Shown here: positions 9,014 to 17,703 of the stretch, piece by piece
How the letters are laid out: every line of letters begins with the position of its first letter
How positions within the stretch are numbered: the stretch's first letter is position 1
Origin: Deltaproteobacteria bacterium
Lineage (GTDB): Bacteria > Bdellovibrionota_B > Oligoflexia > Oligoflexales > RGVZ01
Assembly (NCBI GenBank): GCA_040381655.1
Contig: JBEIGW010000002.1
Coordinates: forward strand, 1 to 35,810
Length of the DNA stretch: 35,810 nucleotides
Reading direction: 5' to 3'
Program-made: the position numbers and the translations under genes
Notes under the pieces: generated by a model
Told to the model about the DNA's origin: nothing
Database searches by the model: none
What the model saw: only the letters and a program-made list of their open reading frames with translations

Positions 9014-10393
9014 ATGTCTGCAAGCCGTGATCCTGAATTTGAGTCATTAAAACTTCCACCGCACTCCCTTGAAGCTGAACAGTCTGTATTGGGTGGCTTG
9101 TTGTTAGACAACGCAGCATGGGACAGGATTGTCGATATCTTGAAAGAGTCCGATATCTATCGAGAAGATCATCGACTGATCTTTCGGCACATCGGTCAAT
9201 TAGTGTCTGCAGGTAAACCAGCGGATGTCATTACGGTATTTGAGTCGCTCCAGTCTGTCCATAAAGCCGCGGATATTGGTGGAGTTGGCTATTTGAATTC
9301 GCTTGCCCAGAATGTACCTTCCGCTGCCAATATTAGGCGCTATGCCGAATTGGTGCGCGATCGAGGGATTCTAAGAAAGCTGATCGGCATCGCTGACGAA
9401 ATTTCCAGCTCCGCATTCAATACCAAGGGTAAGCCAATAAACGAATTGTTGGACGAAGCTGAGGCAAAGATATTTTCCATTGCCGAAGAGGGGTCACGAG
9501 GCACAAAGGGGTTTGCAGACATCCAATCCTTAATGACTGGGGTCGTTGAGCGTATCGATGAGCTCTACAGCAGGGAGGGTGACAACGAGGTCACGGGGGT
9601 TCCTACTGGTTTCGCAGACTTGGACAAAATGACTTCTGGTTTGCAGGAGGGCGATCTGATCATTGTTGCCGGCCGCCCATCCATGGGAAAGACCGCTTTC
9701 TCAATCAATATTGGCGAGCATGTTGCGATGGATACGGGTTTGCCTGTGTTGGTATTCTCCATGGAAATGGGGGGATCGCAATTAGCCATGCGTATGCTGG
9801 GCTCAGTGGGGCGGTTGGATCAAAATCGACTTCGGACCGGACGTCTCAATGATGAGGATTGGCCACGTCTTACCCATGCCATTCAAAAACTCAACGAAAC
9901 ACAAATCTACATCGATGAGACACCGGCATTGACTCCAGTAGAGTTAAGGGCAAGAGCCCGAAGGCAGGCACGTCAATGTGGCAAGTTAGGATTGATTATT
10001 GTCGACTACTTACAGTTGATGTCATCGAACTCGCATGGCGAAAATAGAGCGACCGAGATCTCCGAGATCTCTAGAAATCTTAAAGGATTGGCGAAAGAGC
10101 TCAATTGCCCTGTGATTGCGTTATCGCAGTTGAATCGCTCTCTTGAACAACGACCAAACAAGCGTCCCATCATGTCGGACCTGCGTGAATCGGGTGCTAT
10201 TGAGCAAGATGCGGACTTGATTCTCTTTATCTATCGCGATGAGGTCTACAACCCGGACTCAGCAGATATAGGAACAGCAGAAATCATTGTTGGTAAGCAG
10301 AGGAATGGACCAATTGGGCATTGTCGTTTGACGTTTATTGGGCAATTTACAAAGTTCGAGAATTTCGTCAGCGGTGGGCCTACTTACAATTAA
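9014..10393 (+). CDS. dnaB: replicative DNA helicase DnaB
   Basis: 459 aa. N-terminal PPHSLEAEQSVLGGLLLDN, Walker A GRPSMGKTAF, Walker B LIIVDYLQLM, SQLNRSLEQR, and IVGKQRNGP. Normal length, so no intein. Confidence 0.95.
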   Translation: MSASRDPEFESLKLPPHSLEAEQSVLGGLLLDNAAWDRIVDILKESDIYREDHRLIFRHIGQLVSAGKPADVITVFESLQSVHKAADIGGVGYLNSLAQNVPSAANIRRYAELVRDRGILRKLIGIADEISSSAFNTKGKPINELLDEAEAKIFSIAEEGSRGTKGFADIQSLMTGVVERIDELYSREGDNEVTGVPTGFADLDKMTSGLQEGDLIIVAGRPSMGKTAFSINIGEHVAMDTGLPVLVFSMEMGGSQLAMRMLGSVGRLDQNRLRTGRLNDEDWPRLTHAIQKLNETQIYIDETPALTPVELRARARRQARQCGKLGLIIVDYLQLMSSNSHGENRATEISEISRNLKGLAKELNCPVIALSQLNRSLEQRPNKRPIMSDLRESGAIEQDADLILFIYRDEVYNPDSADIGTAEIIVGKQRNGPIGHCRLTFIGQFTKFENFVSGGPTYN

Positions 10394-10616
10394 AAAAGTA
10401 GAGTGCTAATCATCCAGTGAGAAGCTATGTACTTGGACGAATTTTTCTTCCTCGCGGCGTACACGTTTTTCTGTTAAACAAAACAGCATCAAAAATACGA
10501 CAAGGAACACAACGCTGAAGTTTTTCTTGGTTTGTCGGTGTAATAGAATCGACGTCCCAAATGCGAGTGAAACGATAAGAATAAAAGCTGCCATTTGTTT
10601 GTATTGTAAGGTCAGC

Positions 10617-11282
10617 TTAGTTTGCGTATTTTAAAAATGCACTACGTACGAATGGGTCGGTATTGGGCTGGTCCAGTAACCATCTTGCGTAATCTCTAGG
10701 CACCTCAGCGATTGGTGTGCCTTTGTGTTTCCCAAAGGGCATGTGCGTCGGTGTGCGCGCATCTTCCGATTTTTGCCAAAGTACTTCGATCGAATCGATG
10801 TCCCGTTCTTTGCAGATATGCTCGAGTATCGTTGCGCAAATTCGAACGTCTGCGCCTGCAGAGTGAGCATTCCGTAGACGCTGTTTAGCGTTCTTCCTAT
10901 CCAAAAAATAAAGTATGGCGCTTTGGCTATGGGATTGGAGTTCTGGCCAAACGGCCCTAGCCAAATTGAGTGTGCAAACCCGCCGCACATTGGGTGATCC
11001 AATAACAGCCCAGTCAAAATCGACATTGTGTCCGATTAGGTATTGAACGCCTTCAGGCAAATTAAATGAAGCCGAGGGCGGACAATCAGTCAGCTCTTCG
11101 TCAAGGATATGGTGAATAGCCAAGGCCGCCAAGCCGATTGATTTACTGGGCTTGTATCGGTGTTCAAAACACTCGCCAAAGATAAGAGGCGAAAGGGAGC
11201 GAAGTTCCAACCAGGCGGCTTCGATGATTTCTGGGGCATCAAGCCCCGTAGTTTCGGTATCAAATATGATTGCTTTAGACAT
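10617..11282 (-). CDS. DEDDh 3'-5' exonuclease, ExoX-like, with C-terminal FGKHKG...YxxWL tail
   Basis: 221 aa. Exo I IIFDTETTGL, Exo II LIGHNVDFDW, Exo III HSAGADVRI. The C-terminal MPFGKHKGTPIAEVPRDYARWLL resembles the small C-terminal domain of ExoX-type proteins. Confidence 0.85.
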   Translation of the reverse strand: MSKAIIFDTETTGLDAPEIIEAAWLELRSLSPLIFGECFEHRYKPSKSIGLAALAIHHILDEELTDCPPSASFNLPEGVQYLIGHNVDFDWAVIGSPNVRRVCTLNLARAVWPELQSHSQSAILYFLDRKNAKQRLRNAHSAGADVRICATILEHICKERDIDSIEVLWQKSEDARTPTHMPFGKHKGTPIAEVPRDYARWLLDQPNTDPFVRSAFLKYAN

Positions 11283-11290
11283 GGACTAAA

Positions 11291-11800
11291 TTATTCTGAT
11301 CTGGGAAAAATCCGCTCGTTTAATTTGTGCTCTTCATAGAAGCCTTTGAGCGTATCAACAAATTTTCGGATGCAAAAAATAAGGTTGGGCATGTTTAGGC
11401 CAAAGGGGTAGTAAATGACATGATTACCAATCAGTCCGACATCACCGTCATCCCACCGATGGGCAACGTATCGCACCATGAATCCTCGGTAGTTCGCGTT
11501 AGCTGAGATTCTCTGTATTTCTTCATCAGTGAGTTCGCTATTCAATGTCAAATGACCTCTGATCATCATCGATGCATAGTCTGGATAAAGGATGATGCGA
11601 AGGTTGATCCAAGTTCCCAAGACATACAGATCGCCGTCTTCCTCGAGTTTTGTTTCGTACCCAGCCTCCTCAAACCTGGCCTTCAATAGTTCACTGGTGA
11701 CGTTTTCACGTGCGATTTCACGGGCCATCTCAAGCTCCAATGGGATGTGCTTTTGCAGTGGCTGGGTTGGCAATTGCAGCAATTTGAATTTGTCGGTCAT
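11291..11800 (-). CDS. hypothetical protein, tentatively YbjN / T3SS-chaperone-like
   Basis: 169-aa ORF, 8 nt upstream of the exonuclease gene and 15 nt downstream of the Gly-rich gene. The family assignment is only an impression from EEAGYE...DGDLYV...I.LYPD. Confidence 0.6.
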   Translation of the reverse strand: MTDKFKLLQLPTQPLQKHIPLELEMAREIARENVTSELLKARFEEAGYETKLEEDGDLYVLGTWINLRIILYPDYASMMIRGHLTLNSELTDEEIQRISANANYRGFMVRYVAHRWDDGDVGLIGNHVIYYPFGLNMPNLIFCIRKFVDTLKGFYEEHKLNERIFPRSE

Positions 11801-11815
11801 GGCTTCCTATCATTG

Positions 11816-12148
11816 TTATCGGCGCGGCCAACGCTCTGAAGGCGGAAAAGGACGCATCGTTCGGGGATCAAGCCCCCGCGAGCGATCTCTGTCGATCGCA
11901 AGACCGCCGTCTGGGCCGATGGATAATCCACCGCCTGGACCGATCGATTGACCGCCACCTGGGCCAATCGACTGGCCGCCGCCTGGACCGATCGACTGTC
12001 CTCCTCCCGGGCCAATAGATTGACCGCCGCCCGGACCTATCGAATCACAACCGCCGGGGCCGATGGAGCCTGGGATGCAGTCGCGCCAAGCTTGGGCATG
12101 TGCCGATCCTAGGGTGAGTAAAGCAAGCGTGATCAAGATAGTTTTCAT
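11816..12148 (-). CDS. small secreted Gly-rich tandem-repeat protein (SIGPGGGQ x7) with basic C-terminal tail
   Basis: The track ORF runs to 12205. The start is reassigned to ATG 12148, giving MKTILITLALLTLGSAHA|QA, a Sec-type signal peptide with an AHA cleavage motif. Seven 8-aa repeats follow, then RDRSRGLDPRTMRPFPPSERWPRR. Confidence 0.7.
   Translation of the reverse strand: MKTILITLALLTLGSAHAQAWRDCIPGSIGPGGCDSIGPGGGQSIGPGGGQSIGPGGGQSIGPGGGQSIGPGGGLSIGPDGGLAIDRDRSRGLDPRTMRPFPPSERWPRR
11900..12067 (-). repeat. seven tandem 24-bp coding repeats (SIGPGG[GC][QDL])
   Basis: The units are read directly from the sequence. They differ mainly at synonymous third positions (Ser TCC/TCG/TCT, Ile ATC/ATA/ATT, Pro CCC/CCG/CCA). 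Confidence 0.9.
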
Positions 12149-12220
12149 GGTTAGGTAGCGTGCGTTTTTAAAATTGCAATATTGAGCGTGCAGTAAACAA
12201 ATCACAGTTTGACCTCTGCG

Positions 12221-12238
12221 AGGCTCATTTACTGAGCC
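12221..12238. promoter_or_regulatory. operator-like palindrome, site 2 (AGGCTCA-TTTAC-TGAGCC)
   Basis: Perfect 6+6 inverted repeat between the Gly-rich/ExoX operon (-) and the WYL-1 operon (+). GATAAT (12249-12254) lies exactly 10 nt downstream, and the WYL-1 ATG is at 12308 after an AGGGGGA SD. Confidence 0.75.
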
Positions 12239-12307
12239 AGGTAACCTAGATAATCAAATCTAACTATTTGATAACAATGACGGGTTTGGTTATTTCAGGG
12301 GGAATTC

Positions 12308-13279
12308 ATGGGCCGTACCGAGCGCCTGTATAAAATTCAGCGCTTGCTCAATAGCGGGCAGGCAGTCGCTATGGCTCGTTTCCTTGAGGCGCTAGAGATC
12401 TCCAAAGCGACATTCAAGCGCGATCTGGAATACCTGAGAGATCGGTTAGGTGCTCCCATCGTTTGGGATTCAGAGGCAAGCGGCTACCGGCTAGAGATTT
12501 CTGCTAACGAGCGCATCCATCCGCTACCAGGCCTTTGGCTCAATGAGCCTGAGATTTATGCGCTTCTAACGGGTATTGAATTGCTGGGAAATTTGGAGCC
12601 TGCACCGCTAATAGGGCGGCAGATCAGACCACTTAGAGAGCGACTTGAAAAAATCCTGGAGCTCGGTCAATTCTCGACAGAGGACATCCGACGCCGTATT
12701 CGCCTCGTGCCCATGGGAGCGCGTCAGCCTAGTAGCGAGCATTTTCAGGCGATTGCTCATGCGCTTCTGTCTCGCAAGCGCTTGAAACTTCGCCACTTCG
12801 GTAGGCTTGATGCTACGGTCACTGAGAGGGAAGTGTCGCCGCAGAGGCTAGTTTATTACCGCGATAATTGGTACCTGGATGCGTTTTGCCATCTGAGGGA
12901 CGATATACGATCGTTTTCAGTCGATGCGATTGAAGAGGCGACTCCAATTGATAAAAATGCCGTATCTGTGGACGATGTCGTACTCGCGACCGAGTTAGAT
13001 GCTGGCTATGGAATATTTTCCGGCGGGACGACAAAAGTCGCCAAACTTAAATTCTCGCCATTCAAGGCGAGGTGGGTGGCCCGTGAATACTGGCATAAAA
13101 ATCAAAAAGGTGAGATTTTGGACGATGGTAGCTACTTGCTCGACGTGCCATATTTCGATGATCGAGAGCTCATCAACGATATATTGCGGCATGGGAGTCA
13201 AGTTGAAGTGCTCGGCCCAGAAGAATTAAAAACTCGTTTGAAACAGGAAGCGCAGCTGATTTTGGCAAAGCTTCAGTGA
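12308..13279 (+). CDS. WYL-domain transcriptional regulator (wHTH-WYL-C-terminal extension), paralog 1
   Basis: 323 aa. N-terminal HTH RTERLYKIQRLL...ISKATFKRDLEYLRDRLGAPI, WYL signature SPQRLVYYRDNWYLDAFCHLRDDIRSFSVDAI, and a C-terminal extension YGIFSG...LKFSP..ARWVA...DDRELINDILRHGSQVEVLGPEEL. Confidence 0.9.
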   Translation: MGRTERLYKIQRLLNSGQAVAMARFLEALEISKATFKRDLEYLRDRLGAPIVWDSEASGYRLEISANERIHPLPGLWLNEPEIYALLTGIELLGNLEPAPLIGRQIRPLRERLEKILELGQFSTEDIRRRIRLVPMGARQPSSEHFQAIAHALLSRKRLKLRHFGRLDATVTEREVSPQRLVYYRDNWYLDAFCHLRDDIRSFSVDAIEEATPIDKNAVSVDDVVLATELDAGYGIFSGGTTKVAKLKFSPFKARWVAREYWHKNQKGEILDDGSYLLDVPYFDDRELINDILRHGSQVEVLGPEELKTRLKQEAQLILAKLQ

Positions 13280-13312
13280 TATTGAAATATCGCCAAATAA
13301 AAAGAAAAAATT

Positions 13313-13753
13313 ATGCTGCTTAGAATAATTGCCTACATCGCCAGCATCACTACAACCTGGCATCTGGTCGAATACGTATTCACACGGAATCAGATGGCTG
13401 GAATCTATCCGCCCGAGGCCGATAGTATCTCTATTCCGATCATCACAAACCAAGCACTGCTATTGGCGCTCGTAGTTTTGATTCTTCCTACTGCACTGTT
13501 AGGGAGTGCTTGGGTGATGAAAAAATTAAGCAGCTCCAGAACGCTTCTACAAATATTATTTTTGATACCTTGCGCCGGACTTTATGGGATCTCGATACTG
13601 ATTTGCATAAGTATGGCTCTTTCGTCTGCAGACGGAGCGCATTTCGAAATAGGAATGAGCTACGCTGTGATGTTAGCGTTGATCTCTGCAGCCCTTATTT
13701 TTGATGTAATCCGTCTTTATCGTCGTTTGTATAAAAAACAGATTCCTCAATAG
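13313..13753 (+). CDS. small integral membrane protein (about 4 TM helices)
   Basis: 146-aa ORF with four hydrophobic stretches: IIAYIASITTTWHLV, ALLLALVVLILPTALLGSAWV, LLQILFLIPCAGLYGISILICISMAL, and YAVMLALISAALIFDVI. It lies 33 nt after the WYL gene and 16 nt before the nuclease-helicase gene. Confidence 0.65.
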   Translation: MLLRIIAYIASITTTWHLVEYVFTRNQMAGIYPPEADSISIPIITNQALLLALVVLILPTALLGSAWVMKKLSSSRTLLQILFLIPCAGLYGISILICISMALSSADGAHFEIGMSYAVMLALISAALIFDVIRLYRRLYKKQIPQ

Positions 13754-13769
13754 GAAATCAGATAAAAAA

Positions 13770-16700
13770 ATGCAAAAAATAAACGGGCAAGTCATTTTTT
13801 CCGCCTCGGATCTTGTGCACTTCATGGAGTGTGAGCACCTAAGCATATTAGATCGCCTGCACTTGGATAAGCCTATGGAAAAGGCGAAAGATAGTGAAGA
13901 AGCTGAGCTGATTCAGAATCGAGGATTTGCCCATGAAAAAGCCTATCTCGAGAAGGCTAAAAGTACCGCAAAAAGCTATATAGACATTGCAAAAGCGGGA
14001 GAGTCACGTGATGCGAGAGTTGCGGCGACTGTCGTGGCAATGAAAGAAGGCGTAGATCTTATCTATCAAGCGGCTTTTTACCAGGCGCCGATGATTGGAT
14101 ATGCAGACTTCTTGAAGCGGGTGGACAAGCCGTCAAATCTTGGTCGCCATAGCTACGAAATTATTGATACAAAATTATCCAAAAAATCACGAGCGAAATT
14201 TATCATTCAGCTAGCGTTCTACGCAGATCTTTTGGAAGGGGTGCAAGGAATTGCGCCAGATTGCGTGTCCGTAGTTCTAGGCGACGGTTTTGAAGAAAAA
14301 TTTCAGCTTTCCGACTATCGCTACTATTACCAGTCATTGAAGCAGCGCTTTTTACAATTCCTGGCGAAATCTCAGGAGCAGGGGGTAGCAGAGTTTGCTG
14401 CATCTTCAAATCCATTTCCGTGTGATAAGTGCGATCTGTGCCATTGGCGGGATCGATGTAATAACTGGTGGGATGAAACTGACCATCTGACGCAAGTAGC
14501 AAATATCTTAAAAACACATATCCATAAACTTAATGCTGTTGGCATAAGTACGGTTGAACAATTGGCTAATGTGCCACCGAGCGCTCGAATTCTCAAAATT
14601 CCTGATCCAGTATTACAAAGGCTAAGGCATCAGGCCCAACTTCAGCATAAGGCAAAGACAACCGGAGAACGGTTTGTCGAGTTAATTACGGTTAATCCTG
14701 AGCAGACAGCCGAGCCGGGACCGCGAGGATTTGGCAGGCTCCCTAGGCCTTCACCGCATGACCTTTTTTTTGATATGGAGGGATTTCCCCATGTTGAAGA
14801 TGGCCTGGAATACTTGTTTGGGCTGTATTACATCGATGGATCTAATGGAGGTGTCTTTAAACCCTTTTGGGGACACGATCGCGCAGGAGAAAAGCGAGCC
14901 TTTGAAACTTGGGTAGATTTTGTTATTGGCCATCTTGATCAGCATCCAGAGGCACGTATTTACCATTATGCGGCCTACGAAAAAACGGCTTTACGTAAGT
15001 TGATGCGCCTACACGGGACGCGAGAAACAGAGATTGATCGCTTACTTAGAGAAAACAAGCTGGTGGATCTATATCAGGTTGTGCGAGAGGCTATTCGGAT
15101 TTCGGAGCGGTCATACTCCATCAAGTATGTTGAAAAATTTTATCTCGCTGGACGTAGTTCTGAAGTCAAATCGGCAGGATCGAGCATCGTTGCTTATCAA
15201 AAGTGGCGCGACAGTAATCCTAAAGAGCAAGTGATTCTCGATGAGATTGAAAAATACAATGAAGAAGATGTCATCTCCACCTTTGAGCTCTTGAGATGGC
15301 TCCATAAGCAGAAACCCACGGGCTTACTTTGGTACGGAGAACATCTTGATGACGCCTCGTTAGAGCTCAACGGGGGTCGATCTGAAAAAGCACTGACATT
15401 TGAGAAGCGACTAGCAACTTTATATGCCCAATTAAGCCACCATATTCCTGAAGATATATCAGTACGAAACGCTTTGCAAATTCATGCGTCTGTTGTTCGA
15501 GATCTACTAGATTTTCATCGACGTACTACCAAGCCACAGTGGTGGGCTGTATTCGATCGTCAAGCAAAGAGTTTTGAAGAGCGTGTAGAGGAAGTAGATT
15601 GCGTCGCAGGTGCTTGGCCATTGGAAAATTGTCCACCAGTGCCGGAAAAGCAGTCCCTACGTTATACCTATCAATATCCTGCACAAGAGATCAAACTTAA
15701 GACAGGCGACAACGTTGTATTGGTAGATAGCCTAATGGGTTTATCCGACTTCACGGTGGATCCAGAGCAAAGAGTTGTGACTTTCAAGCTAGGTAAAAAG
15801 CGCGAATTTACGCCTGGAGCTATCGACATTGGCGCTGGCACGCCTATCGATCAAGGGGTTCTCCAGAATGCACTGTTTCGTTATGCTGAAAGCTTGATAC
15901 AAGCGCTTAATGCCAGAGCAGTCAATCCTTACGCCGCCATCGATGCGCTAATACGCCGTGAGTTTCCCGCAGTTTCAGGCATTGAGTCCGGAGCGCCTCT
16001 CCTCACTGCAAATGCTAATGTCAGCGATATTGCCTCAGTGATCAGACGGCTTGATCACAGCGTGATCTTTATTCAGGGGCCGCCGGGGGCAGGGAAGACC
16101 TACACCGCCTCGCATGTGATACTGGATTTACTGAAAGCGGGTAAACGCATAGGGGTATCTTCAAACAGCCATAAGGCTATCGTCAACTTGCTGGAGGCCG
16201 TAGAGAAGGAAGCCAAAGATTGTGGTTTCACGTTCAGTGGCGTGAAAAAATCTGACCCACTAGACGAATCTCAGTGTGTTAACGGCGAGTACATCAAAGA
16301 TATAAAAGATAAAGAAGGAATCATCGCGGCTGACGCTCAGCTCGTTGCCGGGACAGCTTGGCTTTTTGCGGACCAAGAATTTGATCAACAGTTTGATTAT
16401 CTGTTTGTCGATGAGGCAGGCCAAGTCGCCCTAGGTATGCTAATTCCTATGGCTACTTCAACAAAAAACATCGTGCTGCTTGGCGACCAGATGCAGTTAT
16501 CCCAGCCGGTAGAAGGGGTGCATCCGGGAAGTTCGGGGGACTCGGTGCTGGATTATTTATTACAAGGTGAATCCACGATCGCCTCGAATAGAGGTATCTT
16601 CCTCGAGAAAACTTGGCGTATGCATCCTGAGGTATGCGATTTCATTTCTGAAGCGATCTACGACGGAAGATTGGATTCGCATCCAAAAACAAAAAATAGA

Positions 16701-17258
16701 TTCATCGTATGTGGTAAGGAAGCGGATCCCGCTTTGCGGTCATGTGGGATAGTTTTTGAATCTGTACACCACAATGGGTGCTCACAAGACAGTGATGAGG
16801 AGGCAGCCAGGGTGAAAGAAATCTACGATAGCTTGCTGCAGCAAAGCTATGTCGATGACAAAGGAGTTCATCGCCAGATCATGCCTGAAAACATTCTAGT
16901 GGTCTCTCCTTACAATATGCAGGTGAATCTGCTGAAGCAATATCTCGGCAGTGAAGCCAGAGTAGGAACGGTTGATAAGTTTCAGGGGCAGGAGGCAGAA
17001 GCAGTCATCATTTCTATGGCTACGTCGAGCGGCGAGGATTTACCGCGCAATATTGATTTCTTATTTAGCAAAAATCGATTAAACGTGGCCATATCCCGAG
17101 CTAAATGCTTAGTTATTCTGGTAGCTTCTCCCATGCTTCAAGCTGTGAATTGCCGAACCCCAGAACAAATTCGCTTAGTGAATACCATTTGCTGGGTTAG
17201 CCAGTATTCTAAATTGCGTCCACACTCTACAGAAAAACAAAATTATTTTTTGGATTAG
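13770..17258 (+). CDS. RecB/Cas4-like PD-(D/E)xK nuclease + RNase-H-like domain + Upf1/Dna2-like SF1B helicase fusion (TM0106-type)
   Basis: 1162 aa. N-terminal FMECEH...GYADFL...EIIDTKLS...QLAFYADLL plus the Cys cluster CDKCDLCHWRDRC (Cas4/AddB-type Fe-S arrangement). Middle block FFDMEGFP...YHYAAYEKTAL...YNEEDVIST. Helicase motifs IQGPPGAGKTYT, YLFVDEAGQ, LLGDQMQLSQP, VDKFQGQEAEAVIISM, and LNVAISRAKCLVILV. Confidence 0.9.
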   Translation: MQKINGQVIFSASDLVHFMECEHLSILDRLHLDKPMEKAKDSEEAELIQNRGFAHEKAYLEKAKSTAKSYIDIAKAGESRDARVAATVVAMKEGVDLIYQAAFYQAPMIGYADFLKRVDKPSNLGRHSYEIIDTKLSKKSRAKFIIQLAFYADLLEGVQGIAPDCVSVVLGDGFEEKFQLSDYRYYYQSLKQRFLQFLAKSQEQGVAEFAASSNPFPCDKCDLCHWRDRCNNWWDETDHLTQVANILKTHIHKLNAVGISTVEQLANVPPSARILKIPDPVLQRLRHQAQLQHKAKTTGERFVELITVNPEQTAEPGPRGFGRLPRPSPHDLFFDMEGFPHVEDGLEYLFGLYYIDGSNGGVFKPFWGHDRAGEKRAFETWVDFVIGHLDQHPEARIYHYAAYEKTALRKLMRLHGTRETEIDRLLRENKLVDLYQVVREAIRISERSYSIKYVEKFYLAGRSSEVKSAGSSIVAYQKWRDSNPKEQVILDEIEKYNEEDVISTFELLRWLHKQKPTGLLWYGEHLDDASLELNGGRSEKALTFEKRLATLYAQLSHHIPEDISVRNALQIHASVVRDLLDFHRRTTKPQWWAVFDRQAKSFEERVEEVDCVAGAWPLENCPPVPEKQSLRYTYQYPAQEIKLKTGDNVVLVDSLMGLSDFTVDPEQRVVTFKLGKKREFTPGAIDIGAGTPIDQGVLQNALFRYAESLIQALNARAVNPYAAIDALIRREFPAVSGIESGAPLLTANANVSDIASVIRRLDHSVIFIQGPPGAGKTYTASHVILDLLKAGKRIGVSSNSHKAIVNLLEAVEKEAKDCGFTFSGVKKSDPLDESQCVNGEYIKDIKDKEGIIAADAQLVAGTAWLFADQEFDQQFDYLFVDEAGQVALGMLIPMATSTKNIVLLGDQMQLSQPVEGVHPGSSGDSVLDYLLQGESTIASNRGIFLEKTWRMHPEVCDFISEAIYDGRLDSHPKTKNRFIVCGKEADPALRSCGIVFESVHHNGCSQDSDEEAARVKEIYDSLLQQSYVDDKGVHRQIMPENILVVSPYNMQVNLLKQYLGSEARVGTVDKFQGQEAEAVIISMATSSGEDLPRNIDFLFSKNRLNVAISRAKCLVILVASPMLQAVNCRTPEQIRLVNTICWVSQYSKLRPHSTEKQNYFLD

Positions 17259-17260
17259 AT

Positions 17261-17671
17261 ATGTATTTACGCAATTTATATTTCAAAGACCTTGATGTGC
17301 TTCGTCAATTCTCTCAGTCTGTTAATTTAAATTTGCTTTTGAAATATGTAGAAAATATTGATCAAGCACAAGATGCGGAAAATGCATTTAAAAAAATACA
17401 AAAAGAATTGAATAAAATTTTGCCACCATCAGGTGGAGGTAAATTTTTTGATAAAGATTATCCAGATGGCGCTTTAAGCTTTGATGTTGTCTTGAGTAAA
17501 AATGAGAGGATTGCATTAAAAAATTTTTCCGAAAATATAGGATTGGAATCGCTCGTTGATCATTTTCATGACACATCTCTAGCTAATAATGCGATGCGAA
17601 CTATGCAAGCTATTTTTGATGCGTTAATTTTTGGAGATATGTTCGATGATGAGGGGAATTTAAAAATATAA
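17261..17671 (+). CDS. hypothetical protein (AT-rich, translationally coupled to the nuclease-helicase gene)
   Basis: 136-aa ORF. Its ATG lies 2 nt after the helicase stop (TAGATATG, 17256-17263). No motif recognised. Confidence 0.6.
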   Translation: MYLRNLYFKDLDVLRQFSQSVNLNLLLKYVENIDQAQDAENAFKKIQKELNKILPPSGGGKFFDKDYPDGALSFDVVLSKNERIALKNFSENIGLESLVDHFHDTSLANNAMRTMQAIFDALIFGDMFDDEGNLKI

Positions 17672-17703
17672 ATTTTATCGTATATATTTTTACATAAGTT
17701 CAT

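Noticed and set aside
10406-10594. 62-aa minus-strand ORF with two hydrophobic stretches, downstream of the exonuclease gene.
   Set aside because: It is short, has no SD and no recognisable motif. It could be a real small membrane protein, but the sequence alone does not support calling it.
11592-12015. Track ORFs 11592-11951 (+, 119 aa) and 11797-12015 (-, 72 aa), which overlap the Gly-rich repeat gene and the 169-aa gene.
   Set aside because: They are shadow ORFs produced by the GC-rich 24-bp repeat and by the antisense of real genes. Their translations are low-complexity (PPSGPMDNPPPGP) and lack starts with an SD. The signal-peptide-bearing frame on the minus strand explains the region better.
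11900-12067. A regular 24-bp tandem repeat that could be mistaken for a CRISPR-like or VNTR non-coding array.
   Set aside because: There are no unique spacers between the units. The period is a multiple of three, and the repeat lies in-frame inside an ORF with a signal peptide. It is therefore a coding peptide repeat.
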